The notes under the pieces were generated by a model. The model was not told the origin of the DNA. It did no database searches and was given only the letters and a program-made list of their open reading frames with translations. A DNA stretch of 63,631 nt, filler included, from Octopus bimaculoides (taxonomy: Eukaryota): NCBI RefSeq assembly GCF_001194135.2. It is 7 parts of 7 records of this genome, joined end to end, with 100 filler letters (N's around TTAATTAATTAA, not from the genome) between each part and the next. Parts side by side here need not be neighbours in the genome. Positions count along the whole stretch, not along the records: positions 60,189 to 63,631 come from NC_068987.1; 6 more parts are not named here. One strand, written 5' to 3'. Shown piece by piece: positions 63,386 to 63,631 of this stretch (its first letter is position 1; each line of letters begins with the position of its first letter). The translations under genes were made by a program, and so were the position numbers.

Positions 63386-63631
63386 TCACCATCTGGTCCG
63401 GGGCATTGTAGTTCGGTATTTTCTAAATCATCTCTTTTATTATTATTATTATTATTATTAGTCAAAACGAAGAGCGCGATTTTAGATGTTTTATTTTTTT
63501 AACAACATTTCGACAGAACGTCTGTCTTTCTCAAGTTCAAACCAAAAGGTGATTAAAAATTCAAAATTTCAGAAACTAAACGTAGACTATGAACGTGAGT
63601 AATCAGCGTCCATACGTTGATAGAATGACAT

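Overview
Animal genomic DNA: AT-rich, microsatellite-dense and gapped, from a draft assembly. The tRNA/CORE-type SINE families and repeat landscape point to a coleoid cephalopod, probably Octopus (inference from recalled repeat families, not a database hit). Only one host gene is recognisable: two + strand kinase-domain exons of an atypical protein kinase C (aPKC, PRKCI/PRKCZ-like) at 53121-53218 and 56062-56198. Everything else is intronic or intergenic. The first 12.4 kb is an unbroken, all-plus-strand chain of decayed retroelement fragments (Tx1, Penelope, Tx1, GIY-YIG, Penelope, Tx1, RTE), preceded by a piggyBac-like end. Further on are more Penelope-like elements (two with hammerhead ribozyme motifs), RTE and CR1 LINE fragments, two mariner copies, a Gypsy LTR/PBS/gag fragment, many SINEs including a head-to-tail array, and two long fold-back hairpins. 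No CRISPR arrays, rRNA or tRNA genes are supported. The best leads are the co-oriented retroelement chain, a splice donor conserved between ORF1 and ORF2 of two Tx1 subfamilies, the hammerheads, the hairpins (candidate ADAR substrates or small-RNA precursors) and the (TTA)n-nested SINE array. All identities are estimated by eye.
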